From: Armatimonadota bacterium
Lineage (GTDB): Bacteria; Armatimonadota; Armatimonadia; Armatimonadales; Capsulimonadaceae
Length of the DNA: 64,000 bases
Direction of reading: 5' to 3'
NCBI GenBank assembly: GCA_025354405.1
Contig: JANXMY010000042.1
Location: 13,615 to 77,614, forward strand
Under the pieces are notes generated by a model that searched no databases, had not been told where the DNA came from, and saw nothing but the letters and a program-made list of their open reading frames with translations. A program made the position numbers and the translations under genes. Shown piece by piece: positions 1 to 10,526 of the stretch (positions are counted from its first letter, which is position 1; each line of letters starts with the position of its first letter).

Positions 1-780
1 CAGAAGGTCTTCGAGGAGCGATTTCTTTACCATGCCGACCGAATGGGATATCTGGTCTGGGGGGAGTTCGGAGACTGGGGAAACCGGGATGCAGCGAATA
101 AGCTGCAGCCGGGAGCGACTTATATCACGCAGTGGCTGGAAGCGCTGGAGCGGGACTGCTCGCATCCCTCGATCATCGGCTGGTGCCCGCTGAATGAGAC
201 CTGGCAGGACCGCAGCGACGAGATCAACGTGCTCGACGACGTCATGCACGGCATGTATTTAGCGACAAAAGCCATGGACACGAGCCGACCGGTCTTGGAT
301 ACGTCAGGCTATTCCCATCGCGTTCAGGGAGCAGATATTTACGACTCGCACGATTATATCAGCGAAGAGACCTTTCCCGAAGGCCTGGCGAACTTTCAGA
401 AGCGGCATTCGGAGATGGCCGAAGGGAAAGTCTTCACGAATGACGGCGAGAAGTTCTCCATCGCCTATGATGGTCAGCCTTACTTCGTCAGCGAATTTGG
501 CGGCTTTAAGTGGGTGCCGGAGTCGGAGAAGGCCCTCGAAACGGGAAGCTGGGGCTACGGCGGCGGACCAACTTCGATCGAGGACTTTTACCTGCGCTTT
601 GATGCAGTCTGCGAAACACTGCTGGATAATTCGCGAATGTTTGGCTACTGCTACACGCAGCTGACAGATATTTACCCGGAGCTGAACGGCATCTTCACCT
701 TCGACCGGAAGCCTAAGTTCGACGCGGCACGGCTCAAAGCGAGCCAGGAAAAGATCGCGGCGATGGAGAAAGATGCGTGA
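1..780 (+). CDS. Glycoside hydrolase family 2-like protein, C-terminal part (5' end outside window)
   Basis: Frame 1 is open from the window edge to the stop at 780. The translation (HADRMGYLVWGEF ... SIIGWCPLNETWQD) resembles the GH2 TIM barrel with its NE acid/base motif. Confidence 0.6.
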   Translation, partial: QKVFEERFLYHADRMGYLVWGEFGDWGNRDAANKLQPGATYITQWLEALERDCSHPSIIGWCPLNETWQDRSDEINVLDDVMHGMYLATKAMDTSRPVLDTSGYSHRVQGADIYDSHDYISEETFPEGLANFQKRHSEMAEGKVFTNDGEKFSIAYDGQPYFVSEFGGFKWVPESEKALETGSWGYGGGPTSIEDFYLRFDAVCETLLDNSRMFGYCYTQLTDIYPELNGIFTFDRKPKFDAARLKASQEKIAAMEKDA

Positions 781-1769
781 ACGAAACGCGTCTCAAAGTG
801 GCACTGATCGGGGCGGGCGGCTGGGGCCGTCAGCATGCGCGAGTCTTTTCGGCGCATCCGGACATCGAGTTTTGTGCGGTCGCAGGGCACAGGGAAGACA
901 AGACACGCGCACGAGCGGCCGAGTATGGTGTTCGGGCCTACACCGATATTGGGCAGATGCTGGAGCACGAAAAGCCCGACCTGGTCAGTCTTTGCCTGCC
1001 CAACCAGGGCCACTTTGAGGCAACTTTGGAAGTTATCCAGTGGGGGCGCTGTGCGCTGCTGGTGGAGAAGCCGCTGGTCTTCGACCTGACGGAGGCGGAC
1101 ACGCTGCTGGCGGAAGCCAAGAAGCGCGACCTGTTTTTTGCCATCAACTTCAACCACCGATATTCGAAGCCCACACTGATGGCTTCGGAGGCGATTTCGT
1201 CCGGGCGGCTGGGCGAAATCGTCTTTGCCTCCTGGCGATTTGGCGGGGAAGGCGGCGCGGGCCACCCCCACGCGAATTTGATCGAGACACAGTGCCACGG
1301 CTTTGATACGCTTGAGCACCTCTGCGGCCCCATCAGCAGCGTCATGGCCCAGATGACGGAGAAGACCGGCGGTGGATTTCGGACTCTCGCCCTAGCGCTG
1401 GGTTTCGAGAACAAGGCAGTGGGAACACTGCTCGGCTCTTACGACGCCTCCTATGCCTATCCGGGAACGCAGATGCTGGAAATCAGCGGCACACTGGGCC
1501 GTATCGTGGTCGAAGATACCGTGCGTAAGTTTTCGTTTCAGGCAGTGGGGAGTGAAATCCGTGAGGAGTGGTCGGCGGGATATTTCAACGACCACGACCG
1601 GGAGTTCCACCGCACGTTTGATACCTATCTAGATGCGATGCTGCTTGCACTGAAATCAGGACAGATGCCGCCAGTCCCGGCGGCAGCCGGGCGGCGGGCA
1701 CTGGTACTGGCACTCGCGTCCATCGAATCATTCGAGATGGGCCACCGCGTAAACTGTTCTGAAAAATAG
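777..1769 (+). CDS. Gfo/Idh/MocA family NAD(P)-dependent oxidoreductase
   Basis: N-terminal Rossmann motif KVALIGAGGWGRQHARVF and typical length of 330 aa. The GTG start overlaps the upstream stop (GTGA). Confidence 0.8.
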   Translation: MNETRLKVALIGAGGWGRQHARVFSAHPDIEFCAVAGHREDKTRARAAEYGVRAYTDIGQMLEHEKPDLVSLCLPNQGHFEATLEVIQWGRCALLVEKPLVFDLTEADTLLAEAKKRDLFFAINFNHRYSKPTLMASEAISSGRLGEIVFASWRFGGEGGAGHPHANLIETQCHGFDTLEHLCGPISSVMAQMTEKTGGGFRTLALALGFENKAVGTLLGSYDASYAYPGTQMLEISGTLGRIVVEDTVRKFSFQAVGSEIREEWSAGYFNDHDREFHRTFDTYLDAMLLALKSGQMPPVPAAAGRRALVLALASIESFEMGHRVNCSEK

Positions 1770-1796
1770 TGTTCTGAAGCATAAGGAACGTTAGAC

Positions 1797-4130
1797 ATGA
1801 ATACACGTTATCTGCTAGCTTTTTGTCTGGTTCTGCTCTCATTGCCATTCAGCACCTCTTTAGGAGCTGCGGCTTTGACTATTCCTCTTGGGGCGGGCCT
1901 GAACGGGGAAATCGACTGGTCACGCGATGAAGCCTTTGTCGATATGATCAAGACGACGCGAGGCTTTTATGATCGGGCGGGAAGCGACCGCCGAGTCAAA
2001 ACTGACGGTGCAGGCTGGCCATGCGAGGATTTTTGGGTACGTGTCGCAGACACCGGTGCTCCGGTGGGAGCAGGCATCTATAAACTCTCGTTTCACGGGC
2101 CGACGGGGGTCACTGTGGATACGGGAATAAGCGGTGCGGCTTTGCGCAAGACAAGCTCTGAGACGGCGAGTTTGACGACTTACGATGTGCTGGTCAGGCC
2201 CGATCAAACGGTACTGGAATTTAATTTCCACGCCACCCAAGGGCAGGTCACAAATATCCGCTGCCTCCGTCCAGGCTACGACCCCGCCAATCCACCCTTG
2301 TTCACACGGGAATACTTAGCATTGATTCAGGCCCGCTCCCCCAACCTGCTGCGATTTATGGACTGGCATAGCACAAACGGCAATTTAGAGTCGCAATGGT
2401 CTGATCGCAGCCTGCCAGCGGATGCCACACAGACTTCGGGGCTGACGCGGGACGTTCAAGTCGGCTGGAGCAAGACACCGGTGACGATGACCAATGCCAG
2501 AGGCATTTGCTGGGAATATTGCATAGCACTGGCAAATGTGACGGGCAAAGACATCTGGCTGAACGTCCCCGTACTTGCGAACGATGACTATGTGCGGCAT
2601 CTGGCCATTCTGGCCAAGTCTACGCTGAAGCCCGGCCTGCATGTCTACGTCGAGTACAGTAACGAGGTCTGGAACGATGGCTTTTTGCAGACGGGCCTGA
2701 ACCGAGAGTTGGCTGTGGCGGAGGTGAAAGCAGGCGGATCAACGCTGAACTATGACAAAACGCCGAGCACCGACAGTGTCACTCTTGGCGACCGCCGAGT
2801 CGCTAAACGCCTGAAAGACATCAGCGATATTTTTGTGACAGCGTTTGGAACAACCTCTTTTGGGACGCGTGTTCGGCCCATACTCGCCTACCAGATGGCT
2901 CCCAGCCGCTTTGACAATCAGCTTACGTACATCAATTCGGTTTACGGCAAGCCAAATCGCTTCTTTTGGGGCCTGGCGATCGCGCCCTACTTCGCCTGTG
3001 GGAATGGACAGGGCGCGGACGCCCGCAAAGATTTGACGAAAGACGAGGTCCTCAACGCGCTCGCTGCCGATATCGACCACTATAAAAACACAGAGGTGAT
3101 TGACGAGCATCAAACACTTGCGACTTATTTTGGCTTGAAGCTCTGTGCGTATGAAGGTGGGCCGGACACGTTTGGCCCAAATAATATTGCCGCCAAGAAA
3201 GCGGCTTCGCTTGATCCGCGCATGAGCGGCCTCGTAACCCGCTACCTAAATATGTGGTACGCCAAAGGCGGCGACCAATTCAACTGGTTTGTTCTGGGCG
3301 CGTCGAATTTCGACACGCCGTACGGGACATGGGCATTAACCGACAACCTCCGCGAGCTTCGTCAGCCAAAAGAGCTGGCATATGATGCCGTGCGGATTGC
3401 GCCTCGGGCCGCGCTGTCTACCGGTTCGGCACTGCCAAGCGAAATCGATGCCCGGGATTTCTCGGGAGCAAGTGAGCCGCTAGCAAATCCGTTTATCCGC
3501 TACATCGGCAGCGGCTCAAAATTCGATTACCTGGTGCGAGTCGCCCAGCCAGGAAAATATTTACTGCGTATCAGCATCAGTGCGGACAAGCCGGGGACAA
3601 CGCTGGATATTTTGGTGAACAATTCGCCGGTGCAGACGATTGTTGTGCCGGCCCATGATGCGAACGCTCCAGAAGATACGTTTCTGGATACGGCGCCAAT
3701 CACTTTGACACTTCCTGCCGGGTTAAGCGTGATACGGCTGCATGTATCCGCTGAGCGGCCCTACAATATCAATTCGCTGAAAGTCACGCGGTCGGACGGC
3801 ACAGGAATTGCCGCCGCCCAGCCGATGTTCGGCGGCTTTCAGTTCTTCTGGCAGCAGGAAACTTCCCCCGGCAAGCCGGTAACGCAGCAATTTTCGGTGA
3901 GCGACGCGAAGACGCCGGCGAGCCAGTTGCTGGTCTCCGCTCGCTCCGATAACCCGGAACTGCTGCCCGAAACAAATTTAGTCCTGATGCGCGACCCGAA
4001 AAACGCAGCTAAGTTCACATTCACGGCGACTCCGGTGTCGGGAAAGACCGGACAGACCAACTTAATTTTCACCGTACGAAATGCCGCTGGTCTGAGGCGT
4101 TCAGCTCAGGTACGCCTACTAGTCAGATAA
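1797..4130 (+). CDS. Secreted glycoside-hydrolase-like protein (clan GH-A style catalytic core) with C-terminal beta-sandwich/CBM-like domains
   Basis: Has an N-terminal signal peptide (LLAFCLVLLSLPFSTSLGAAA). VYVEYSNEVWN and CAYEGGPD resemble the acid/base and nucleophile strands of (beta/alpha)8 hydrolases. The C-terminal ~250 aa look like binding or Ig-like modules. The family is not recognised. Confidence 0.5.
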   Translation: MNTRYLLAFCLVLLSLPFSTSLGAAALTIPLGAGLNGEIDWSRDEAFVDMIKTTRGFYDRAGSDRRVKTDGAGWPCEDFWVRVADTGAPVGAGIYKLSFHGPTGVTVDTGISGAALRKTSSETASLTTYDVLVRPDQTVLEFNFHATQGQVTNIRCLRPGYDPANPPLFTREYLALIQARSPNLLRFMDWHSTNGNLESQWSDRSLPADATQTSGLTRDVQVGWSKTPVTMTNARGICWEYCIALANVTGKDIWLNVPVLANDDYVRHLAILAKSTLKPGLHVYVEYSNEVWNDGFLQTGLNRELAVAEVKAGGSTLNYDKTPSTDSVTLGDRRVAKRLKDISDIFVTAFGTTSFGTRVRPILAYQMAPSRFDNQLTYINSVYGKPNRFFWGLAIAPYFACGNGQGADARKDLTKDEVLNALAADIDHYKNTEVIDEHQTLATYFGLKLCAYEGGPDTFGPNNIAAKKAASLDPRMSGLVTRYLNMWYAKGGDQFNWFVLGASNFDTPYGTWALTDNLRELRQPKELAYDAVRIAPRAALSTGSALPSEIDARDFSGASEPLANPFIRYIGSGSKFDYLVRVAQPGKYLLRISISADKPGTTLDILVNNSPVQTIVVPAHDANAPEDTFLDTAPITLTLPAGLSVIRLHVSAERPYNINSLKVTRSDGTGIAAAQPMFGGFQFFWQQETSPGKPVTQQFSVSDAKTPASQLLVSARSDNPELLPETNLVLMRDPKNAAKFTFTATPVSGKTGQTNLIFTVRNAAGLRRSAQVRLLVR

Positions 4131-4223
4131 AAAGCCGCCATAATTATCTTCGTATGTTTGCCTTTGTAATGGGTACAATGCAAAAGTCTGTTTTACAAAC
4201 CCACCTCAAAGGAGACATGCCCA

Positions 4224-4823
4224 ATGATACGCTCACCTCGAACATCTCGCCTGATCGCTCTTGTCGTCGCGGCTTCGCTGGCCCTGCCGACACTTGCCGT
4301 CACGGCAGGCTGCGGCCCGAAAGCTAGTGATCAAGCCGCCACGCAAAGTAACGGCGCAGCGCCGATGAACAGCACGCCGATGAGTAACGCGCCAACGAAC
4401 TCCGCTAAGCCAGGCTTGACCGGCAAGCAGAAAGTCGTTCTCCTGGCCGGAGCCGCCCTGTTATTTTATCTCTACCAGCGTGATAAAAAGCTGAACGCCG
4501 CGGCCGCTGCCCAGAATGGCGGAGCCGCGCCCAGCGGCCAGCAGCTTTACCGCGAAGAGAAAGGCCCGAATAAGGGCGCTATCTATTACCGCAAGAACGA
4601 TGCCAATCACACGGTTGTCTGGCTCTCCGCGCCCAAACAGGGTGTAGAAGTCCCGGCGGATCAGGTCAATCAGTACCTGCCGGATTACAATTCCAATCCC
4701 AATGCCTACCAGGGCCAGGTAAACACCAGCCCGCAGGCGGGGGTGAATGGCGGCCAGGTGCAGTCGGCAGATCAGTATGCCGGCCAGTATTCCGGGGCTT
4801 CCGCACCAGCTCCAGGGATGTAA
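4224..4823 (+). CDS. Hypothetical lipoprotein, low-complexity
   Basis: Signal peptide with a lipobox (LAVTAGC), followed by Ala/Gly/Gln/Asn-rich sequence and one hydrophobic segment. The SD is AAAGGAG. Confidence 0.55.
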   Translation: MIRSPRTSRLIALVVAASLALPTLAVTAGCGPKASDQAATQSNGAAPMNSTPMSNAPTNSAKPGLTGKQKVVLLAGAALLFYLYQRDKKLNAAAAAQNGGAAPSGQQLYREEKGPNKGAIYYRKNDANHTVVWLSAPKQGVEVPADQVNQYLPDYNSNPNAYQGQVNTSPQAGVNGGQVQSADQYAGQYSGASAPAPGM

Positions 4824-4847
4824 CAGCGGACGTTTGTATCGACTTCT

Positions 4848-4876
4848 GCCCTGCCGCAAATGCGGCAGGGCTTTTT
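4848..4876 (+). terminator. Rho-independent terminator after the lipoprotein gene
   Basis: GCCCTGCCGC aaat GCGGCAGGGC followed by TTTTT. Confidence 0.75.
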
Positions 4877-4896
4877 GCGGAACGGAGCGCGTCAGT

Positions 4897-4926
4897 TTGA
4901 CAGGGCAAAGATGGTTCGGCTATAAT
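4897..4926 (+). promoter_or_regulatory. Near-consensus sigma-70 promoter for the arabinose operon
   Basis: TTGACA (4897-4902), an 18-nt spacer, then TATAAT (4921-4926), about 45 nt upstream of araA. Confidence 0.6.
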
Positions 4927-4971
4927 ACGACTTAGTACCGATTTTTCCCCTAACTCGAAGGAGTGCACCCC

Positions 4972-6465
4972 TTGCTTAACTTGAAAGACACTGCTATCTG
5001 GTTTGTGACCGGAAGCCAGCACCTCTATGGACCAGAGACGCTGGATATGGTCGCGACACATTCCCAAACAATCGTCTCGGGCCTGGACTCCGACCCGATG
5101 CTCCCCTGCCGGATCGTCTTCAAACCCGTACTTACAAACCCCGAAGCGATCCTGAAACTCTGCCGCGAAGCCAGTGCCGATGACACCTGTGCGGGGATCA
5201 TCACCTGGATGCACACATTTTCCCCGGCAAAGATGTGGATCGCCGGGCTGTCCGAGCTGCGAAAGCCGCTGCTGCATTTGCACACACAGTACAACCGTGA
5301 TATTCCCTGGGATAGCATCGACATGGATTTCATGAACCTGAACCAGGCCGCGCATGGCGACCGGGAGTTCGGGCATATTGGAACCCGACTGGGCCTCGGG
5401 CGTAAAGTCGTAGTCGGCTACTGGGAAGATCCCGAGATCCGCCGCGACATCAGCAGCTGGTGCCGTGTCGCCGCCGCGTTCACAGCGGGCAGAAGTCTGA
5501 AAGTCGCCCGGTTCGGGGACAACATGCGCCAGGTATCCGTGACCGAAGGGGACAAAGTTGAGGCGCAGATTAAGCTCGGCTGGTCCGTCAACGGGTTTGG
5601 TGTCGGCGATCTGGTGGAGCGTGTCAACGGCTTCTCGGATGCTGAGGTGGAGACACTCTTCACAGAGTATGCGGAAGTTTATGATCTCGCCCCGAATATT
5701 CAGAGTGAAGGCCCTGCACGCGATTCGGTGCGAGAGCAGGCCCGGATCGAGCTGGGGCTGAAAGCGTTTCTGGAGGAAGGCGGCTTCGGGGCGTTTACAA
5801 CGACCTTCGAGGACCTGCATGGCCTGAAGCAGCTTCCGGGCCTGGCCGTACAGCGCCTGATGGGTCAGGGCTACGGGTTTGGCGGGGAAGGTGACTGGAA
5901 GACCGCGGCACTGGTCCGCACCATGAAAACGATGGCTTCCGGCCTGCCGCAGGGCACGTCGTTTATGGAAGATTACACGTACCATTTGGAGCCGGGCAAT
6001 GAGCTGGTTCTGGGATCTCATATGCTGGAAATTTGTCCGTCGATCGCGGCAACACGTCCGCGCGTGGAGGTGCATCCGCTGGGGATCGGCGGCAAGGCCG
6101 ACCCGGCACGACTTGTCTTCGACGGGGCGACCGGCCCGGCCATCAATGCATCACTGATTGATGTCGGCGCCCGCTTCCGGTTGATTCTCAATGCGGTCGA
6201 TGCCGTGAAATCCGAACATGCCATGCCAAAGCTGCCGGTCGCCCGGGTGCTGTGGAAGCCGCAGCCGTCCCTGCGCGTGGCTGCCGAGACATGGATACTT
6301 GCCGGCGGGGCGCATCATACGGGTTTCTCGCAGGCGTTATCCGCCGAGCAGATGATTGACTGGGCCGAGATGGTAGGTGTCGAGTATCTTCTGATCGATA
6401 AAAACACGACCTCCCTGGAGTTTCGTAAAGAGCTGCGCTGGAATGATACGTCTTGGCGTCGTTAG
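4972..6465 (+). CDS. araA: L-arabinose isomerase
   Basis: The N-terminus ([23 protein letters not shown]) and the whole length are AraA-like. The TTG at 4972 sits 8 nt after AAGGAG. The ORF-track GTG at 4963 overlaps that SD. Confidence 0.9.
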   Translation: MLNLKDTAIWFVTGSQHLYGPETLDMVATHSQTIVSGLDSDPMLPCRIVFKPVLTNPEAILKLCREASADDTCAGIITWMHTFSPAKMWIAGLSELRKPLLHLHTQYNRDIPWDSIDMDFMNLNQAAHGDREFGHIGTRLGLGRKVVVGYWEDPEIRRDISSWCRVAAAFTAGRSLKVARFGDNMRQVSVTEGDKVEAQIKLGWSVNGFGVGDLVERVNGFSDAEVETLFTEYAEVYDLAPNIQSEGPARDSVREQARIELGLKAFLEEGGFGAFTTTFEDLHGLKQLPGLAVQRLMGQGYGFGGEGDWKTAALVRTMKTMASGLPQGTSFMEDYTYHLEPGNELVLGSHMLEICPSIAATRPRVEVHPLGIGGKADPARLVFDGATGPAINASLIDVGARFRLILNAVDAVKSEHAMPKLPVARVLWKPQPSLRVAAETWILAGGAHHTGFSQALSAEQMIDWAEMVGVEYLLIDKNTTSLEFRKELRWNDTSWRR

Positions 6466-6482
6466 AGATCATGCTAAAAACT

Positions 6483-7526
6483 ATGAAAGCAATGAAACTG
6501 ACGGCGCAGCGGCAGATGCAGATGCAGGAAGTCCCCCGCCCTTGCCTCTCACGAGATACGGACGTCCTCATCAAGATGGCGCGTGTCGGTGTCTGCGGAT
6601 CGGACGTGCATTACTTCGCGGAGGGCGGCATCGGAAGTCAGCGGGTCGAGTATCCGTGGACAGTCGGCCATGAGGGTGCCGGTACGGTGGTAGAAGTCGG
6701 CGCGGCGGTGACACGAGTGAAGCCAGGGGACCGGATCGCCCTGGACCCGGCTCAGCCCTGCGGAGTCTGCGACCAGTGCCTCGGTGGCAGGCCGCATACC
6801 TGCCGGCACTTGAACTTTCTCGGGTGCCCCGGACAGGTAGAAGGCTGCCTCGCGGAATATCTCATTCTGCCGGAGAGAAGCAGCTATCCCCTCCCGGATA
6901 CGATGAGTTTTGAGGAAGCGGCGATTGTCGAGCCGCTCTCCATCGGCCTGTATGCCATTTCTCTGTCCGTACCGATGAAAGGTGCGAAGATTGGGATTCT
7001 CGGGGCGGGCCCGATTGGCCTGAGCGTGCTGCTGCCCGCAAGATTTCAAGGGGCGGAACGAGTCTATATGACGGACAAGATTGAGGCACGTCTGACGCTC
7101 GCAAGCAAGGCGGGTGCCGACTGGGTGGGCAATCCTGAGACGGACGATGTCGCGGCCGACATTGCTCGGCGTGAGCCGGAGATGCTGGACGTTGTGTTTG
7201 AATGCAGCGGTGAGCAGGAGGCGATGGACCAGGGGGTTCAGCTTTTGAAGCCGGGTGGAAAGCTGATGCTGATCGGTATTCCGGGAGCTGCAAACCGCGT
7301 TTCCTTCGACATTAATCAGTTGCGCCGCAAAGAGATTTGTATTCAGAACGTCCGTCGTCAGAATGATTTTGTCCAGAAAGCAATTGATATGATCGCGCGC
7401 AAAGAGATCGACGTGAATATCATGGTGACGCATCGCTTTGCATTTGACCGGACACAAGAAGCGTTTGAAATGGTAACCAATTACCAAGATGGGGTTGTCA
7501 AAGCCATGGTGGCTTTTGGGGAATAG
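6483..7526 (+). CDS. Zinc-dependent alcohol/polyol dehydrogenase (sorbitol/L-iditol dehydrogenase-like, MDR family)
   Basis: Contains VGVCGSDVHYF, GHEGAGTVVEVG and a CGVCDQC structural-zinc loop, plus a GAGPIGL Rossmann motif. The start is ambiguous (6453 TTG, or ATG at 6471, 6483 or 6492). Confidence 0.8.
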   Translation: MKAMKLTAQRQMQMQEVPRPCLSRDTDVLIKMARVGVCGSDVHYFAEGGIGSQRVEYPWTVGHEGAGTVVEVGAAVTRVKPGDRIALDPAQPCGVCDQCLGGRPHTCRHLNFLGCPGQVEGCLAEYLILPERSSYPLPDTMSFEEAAIVEPLSIGLYAISLSVPMKGAKIGILGAGPIGLSVLLPARFQGAERVYMTDKIEARLTLASKAGADWVGNPETDDVAADIARREPEMLDVVFECSGEQEAMDQGVQLLKPGGKLMLIGIPGAANRVSFDINQLRRKEICIQNVRRQNDFVQKAIDMIARKEIDVNIMVTHRFAFDRTQEAFEMVTNYQDGVVKAMVAFGE

Positions 7527-7529
7527 TCT

Positions 7530-9197
7530 ATGCCAAGCTACTCGATAGGTCTCGATTACGGCACCAGCTCCGTGCGCGGACTGCTGGTTGATGTCCAAAA
7601 TGGTGCGGAGATCGCATCCAGCGTGTTTCCCTATCCACAGGGCAAGGCCGGAATTCTTTTGGACGACCGGAACCCCGATCTCGCCCGGCAGCATCCGCAG
7701 GATTATCTGGATGGCGCGGCTGCGGTGATCACCGGGGTTTTAAGCCAGGGAAAGTCTCACGCGGGCTTTGATCCGTCACAGGTGATCGGTATCGGCGTAG
7801 ACACTACGGGGTCTACGCCGATACCCGTGAATGCTGAGGGAGTGCCGCTGGCATTAACCCCCGAGTTCTCATCCAATTTAGCCGCCTTCGCCTGGCTCTG
7901 GAAAGACCACACCGGTTTTGCCGAAGCGGTAGAGATTACGGCTTTGGCCTCTCAAATTCGGCCCGAGTATCTGGCGAAATGCGGCGGAATTTACAGCTCG
8001 GAATGGTACTGGTCCAAAGTACTGCACTGCCTGCGCACCGCGCCGGACGTATTTCAGGCGGCGACGACCTGGGTCGAACACGCGGACTGGCTTCCGGCAG
8101 TGCTTTCCGGTACAACCCACCCCGATCAACTCAAGCGCGGCATCTGTGCGGCGGGTCATAAAGCCCTCTTTCATGCGGACTGGGGCGGATATCCGGATGA
8201 GGAGTTCCTGTCGAAGCTCGACCCGCAGCTGGTGAATCTGCGCCGAAATTTACCAAATATCGCTTACTCCGTGGGCACGGCAGCTGGAACACTGAGTGCC
8301 GAATGGTCTCTAAAGACCGGTCTGCCAGTCGGCATTCCCGTTTCGGTCGGGGCTTTCGATGCACACCTGGGCGGAGTGGGCTCGGGCATCAAGCCCGGAG
8401 TGCTGGTGAAAAACCTGGGCACTTCCTGCTGCGACATGATGGTCGCGCCGCTGGAGGCGCCACTTGCCGATATTCCTGGTCTCTGCGGAATTGTACCGGA
8501 GTCGATCCTGCCGGGGTTTTACGGACTGGAAGCGGGACAGTCGGCGGTCGGAGATATTTTCAACTGGTTTGTCACCGAAGTTCAGCCTGGAGGCATGGGT
8601 CACGAGGAGCTGACGCAGGGTGCATCGAAGCTGACCCCGGGAGAAAGCGGACTGCTCGCACTCGACTGGCTCAACGGCAACCGAACCGTGCTGGTCGACA
8701 CACGCCTGACGGGCGCGATGCTGGGGATCTCGCTGCAGACGACACCTGCCGAACTGTACCGCGCGTGGGTGGAGGCGACGGCATTTGGAGCCCGGGTCAT
8801 TATGGAGCGGTTTGAAGAGTACGGACAAAAAGTCGATCAGATTATCAACTGTGGCGGCATCTCCGTGAAGAACCCGATGATCATGCAGATTTACGCCGAT
8901 ATCATGGGGCACCCCCTGGCAATCTCTCGCAGCAGCCAGACTGCCGCGCTAGGGTCGGCGATTGCGGGAGCGGTCGCCGCCGGGGCTTATCCCTCGTTTG
9001 CCGAAGCGACCACGGCGATGACGGCGCTGCATCCCCATATTTTCACACCGGACCCAAAAAGCCAGGCCACCTACAGCAATTTGTATGCGCTCTATCGTCA
9101 GCTGCATGATGCATTCGGCGTTAAGAATACGCACGAAGATCTGTCCGGTGTGATGAAACAGCTTTTGGCGATACGAGACGAGGCGCGGCATGTCTGA
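7530..9197 (+). CDS. araB: Ribulokinase (FGGY carbohydrate kinase)
   Basis: SIGLDYGTSSVRGLLVD N-terminus, 555 aa, and its position between araA and araD. Confidence 0.88.
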   Translation: MPSYSIGLDYGTSSVRGLLVDVQNGAEIASSVFPYPQGKAGILLDDRNPDLARQHPQDYLDGAAAVITGVLSQGKSHAGFDPSQVIGIGVDTTGSTPIPVNAEGVPLALTPEFSSNLAAFAWLWKDHTGFAEAVEITALASQIRPEYLAKCGGIYSSEWYWSKVLHCLRTAPDVFQAATTWVEHADWLPAVLSGTTHPDQLKRGICAAGHKALFHADWGGYPDEEFLSKLDPQLVNLRRNLPNIAYSVGTAAGTLSAEWSLKTGLPVGIPVSVGAFDAHLGGVGSGIKPGVLVKNLGTSCCDMMVAPLEAPLADIPGLCGIVPESILPGFYGLEAGQSAVGDIFNWFVTEVQPGGMGHEELTQGASKLTPGESGLLALDWLNGNRTVLVDTRLTGAMLGISLQTTPAELYRAWVEATAFGARVIMERFEEYGQKVDQIINCGGISVKNPMIMQIYADIMGHPLAISRSSQTAALGSAIAGAVAAGAYPSFAEATTAMTALHPHIFTPDPKSQATYSNLYALYRQLHDAFGVKNTHEDLSGVMKQLLAIRDEARHV

Positions 9198-9924
9198 CCT
9201 TTCTTTTTCGCCGTTAAAAGAGGCTGTATTCGCCGCGAATATCCAGCTCGTGAAGGCGGGGCTTGTCGTGCTCACCTGGGGCAATGCCAGTGCGGTAGAC
9301 CGGGAGCGCGGGGTCGTCGCCATCAAGCCAAGCGGTGTTGCCTACGACGTTCTACGGCCTGAAGATATTGTGTTAATATCACTGGAAACGGGCCAGCCGC
9401 TTCCAGGCGAAAAGCTGCGGCCCTCCTCGGACACGCCAACACACGTCTGCCTGTATCAGCGATTTTCGACTATCGGCGGTATTGCGCACACACATTCTCG
9501 CCATGCGACCAGCTGGGCGCAGGCGTGCCGGGAGATTCCCTGCTACGGCACGACCCATGCGGATACGTTCAGCGGACCAGTTCCGCTCTGCCGCCCCTTA
9601 ACTACGCAGGAGATCGAAGAGGCGTACGAATGGAACACCGGAATGGTGATTGCCGGGCATTTTGAGACAAATCATCTTGATCCGCTGCACTCACCGGGTG
9701 TCCTGCTTTCGTTCCATGCCCCCTTCGCCTGGGGTGAGACGGCTGCCAAAGCAGTCGAGAATGCCATCGTGGTGGAGGAAGTCGCGGCCCTGGCGCTGCA
9801 CACAGAGGCATTGAACCCACAGGCAAAGACGACCCCGCAGTCTATTCTCGACAAACATTTTCACCGCAAGCACGGGAAAGACGCCTATTACGGGCAGCAG
9901 AAGGACACTTCAACAACACTATGA
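9190..9924 (+). CDS. araD: L-ribulose-5-phosphate 4-epimerase
   Basis: Class II aldolase/epimerase fold (LTWGNASAVDRERGVVAIKPSGV ... HTHS). It overlaps the araB stop by 8 nt. Confidence 0.88.
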   Translation: MSDLSFSPLKEAVFAANIQLVKAGLVVLTWGNASAVDRERGVVAIKPSGVAYDVLRPEDIVLISLETGQPLPGEKLRPSSDTPTHVCLYQRFSTIGGIAHTHSRHATSWAQACREIPCYGTTHADTFSGPVPLCRPLTTQEIEEAYEWNTGMVIAGHFETNHLDPLHSPGVLLSFHAPFAWGETAAKAVENAIVVEEVAALALHTEALNPQAKTTPQSILDKHFHRKHGKDAYYGQQKDTSTTL

Positions 9925-10526
9925 CTCACCTTCTCATCGCGCCTCCGGAGCCATTTAAGGCCATCATCTTCGACTGCGACGGCACCCTGGCCGACACGAT
10001 GCCGACTCATGTCAAGGCCTGGGTGGCTTCATACAAATCGTTCGGAATCGATATCGCCGAGCAGCCGTTTTTTGATATGGGCGGTATGAACAACCAGCGT
10101 ATTATCGAGACACTCAACAATAAGTTCGGTTATACGATCGATTTTGAAACGATGCAGGAGGCGAAAGAGGGCCGCTATCTGGAAATGCTGCACACGATTC
10201 AGGAGATCAAAGCCGTGGCGGATATCGCACGGGCGTATCATGGCCTGGTGCCAATCGCAGTCGCTTCCAGCGGTATGAGCCAAGTTGTCAGGCAGACACT
10301 GGTTCAAATTGGCCTCAGCTCCCTGTTCGATGTGATCGTGACCGCGGATGATGTCGAGCATGCCAAGCCCGCCCCCGATATTTTCCTGCTTGCAGCCGAG
10401 CGCTTAGGTGTTACCCCGGCGGACTGCATTGTGTACGAAGATGGCGATCCTGGCTTGGAAGCGGCGCAGCGCGCGAATATGCGGGCGGTAGATGTGCGCG
10501 TCCTCTGGCGGGACGAAGCGAAATGA
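9921..10526 (+). CDS. HAD-superfamily hydrolase (beta-phosphoglucomutase/sugar-phosphatase subfamily)
   Basis: Motif I is IIFDCDGTLADT, with a C-terminal YEDGDPGLEAA motif. An ATGA overlaps araD. Confidence 0.8.
   Translation: MTHLLIAPPEPFKAIIFDCDGTLADTMPTHVKAWVASYKSFGIDIAEQPFFDMGGMNNQRIIETLNNKFGYTIDFETMQEAKEGRYLEMLHTIQEIKAVADIARAYHGLVPIAVASSGMSQVVRQTLVQIGLSSLFDVIVTADDVEHAKPAPDIFLLAAERLGVTPADCIVYEDGDPGLEAAQRANMRAVDVRVLWRDEAK

Noticed and set aside
4666-6075. 469-aa ORF on the minus strand
   Set aside because: It is entirely antisense to the well-supported araA gene. The translation is Arg/Pro/Gly-rich with no recognisable family. This is a typical shadow ORF in GC-rich DNA.
6549-7694. 381-aa minus-strand ORF
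   Set aside because: It is antisense to the Zn-ADH and the araB start. No motifs are present. It is a shadow ORF.
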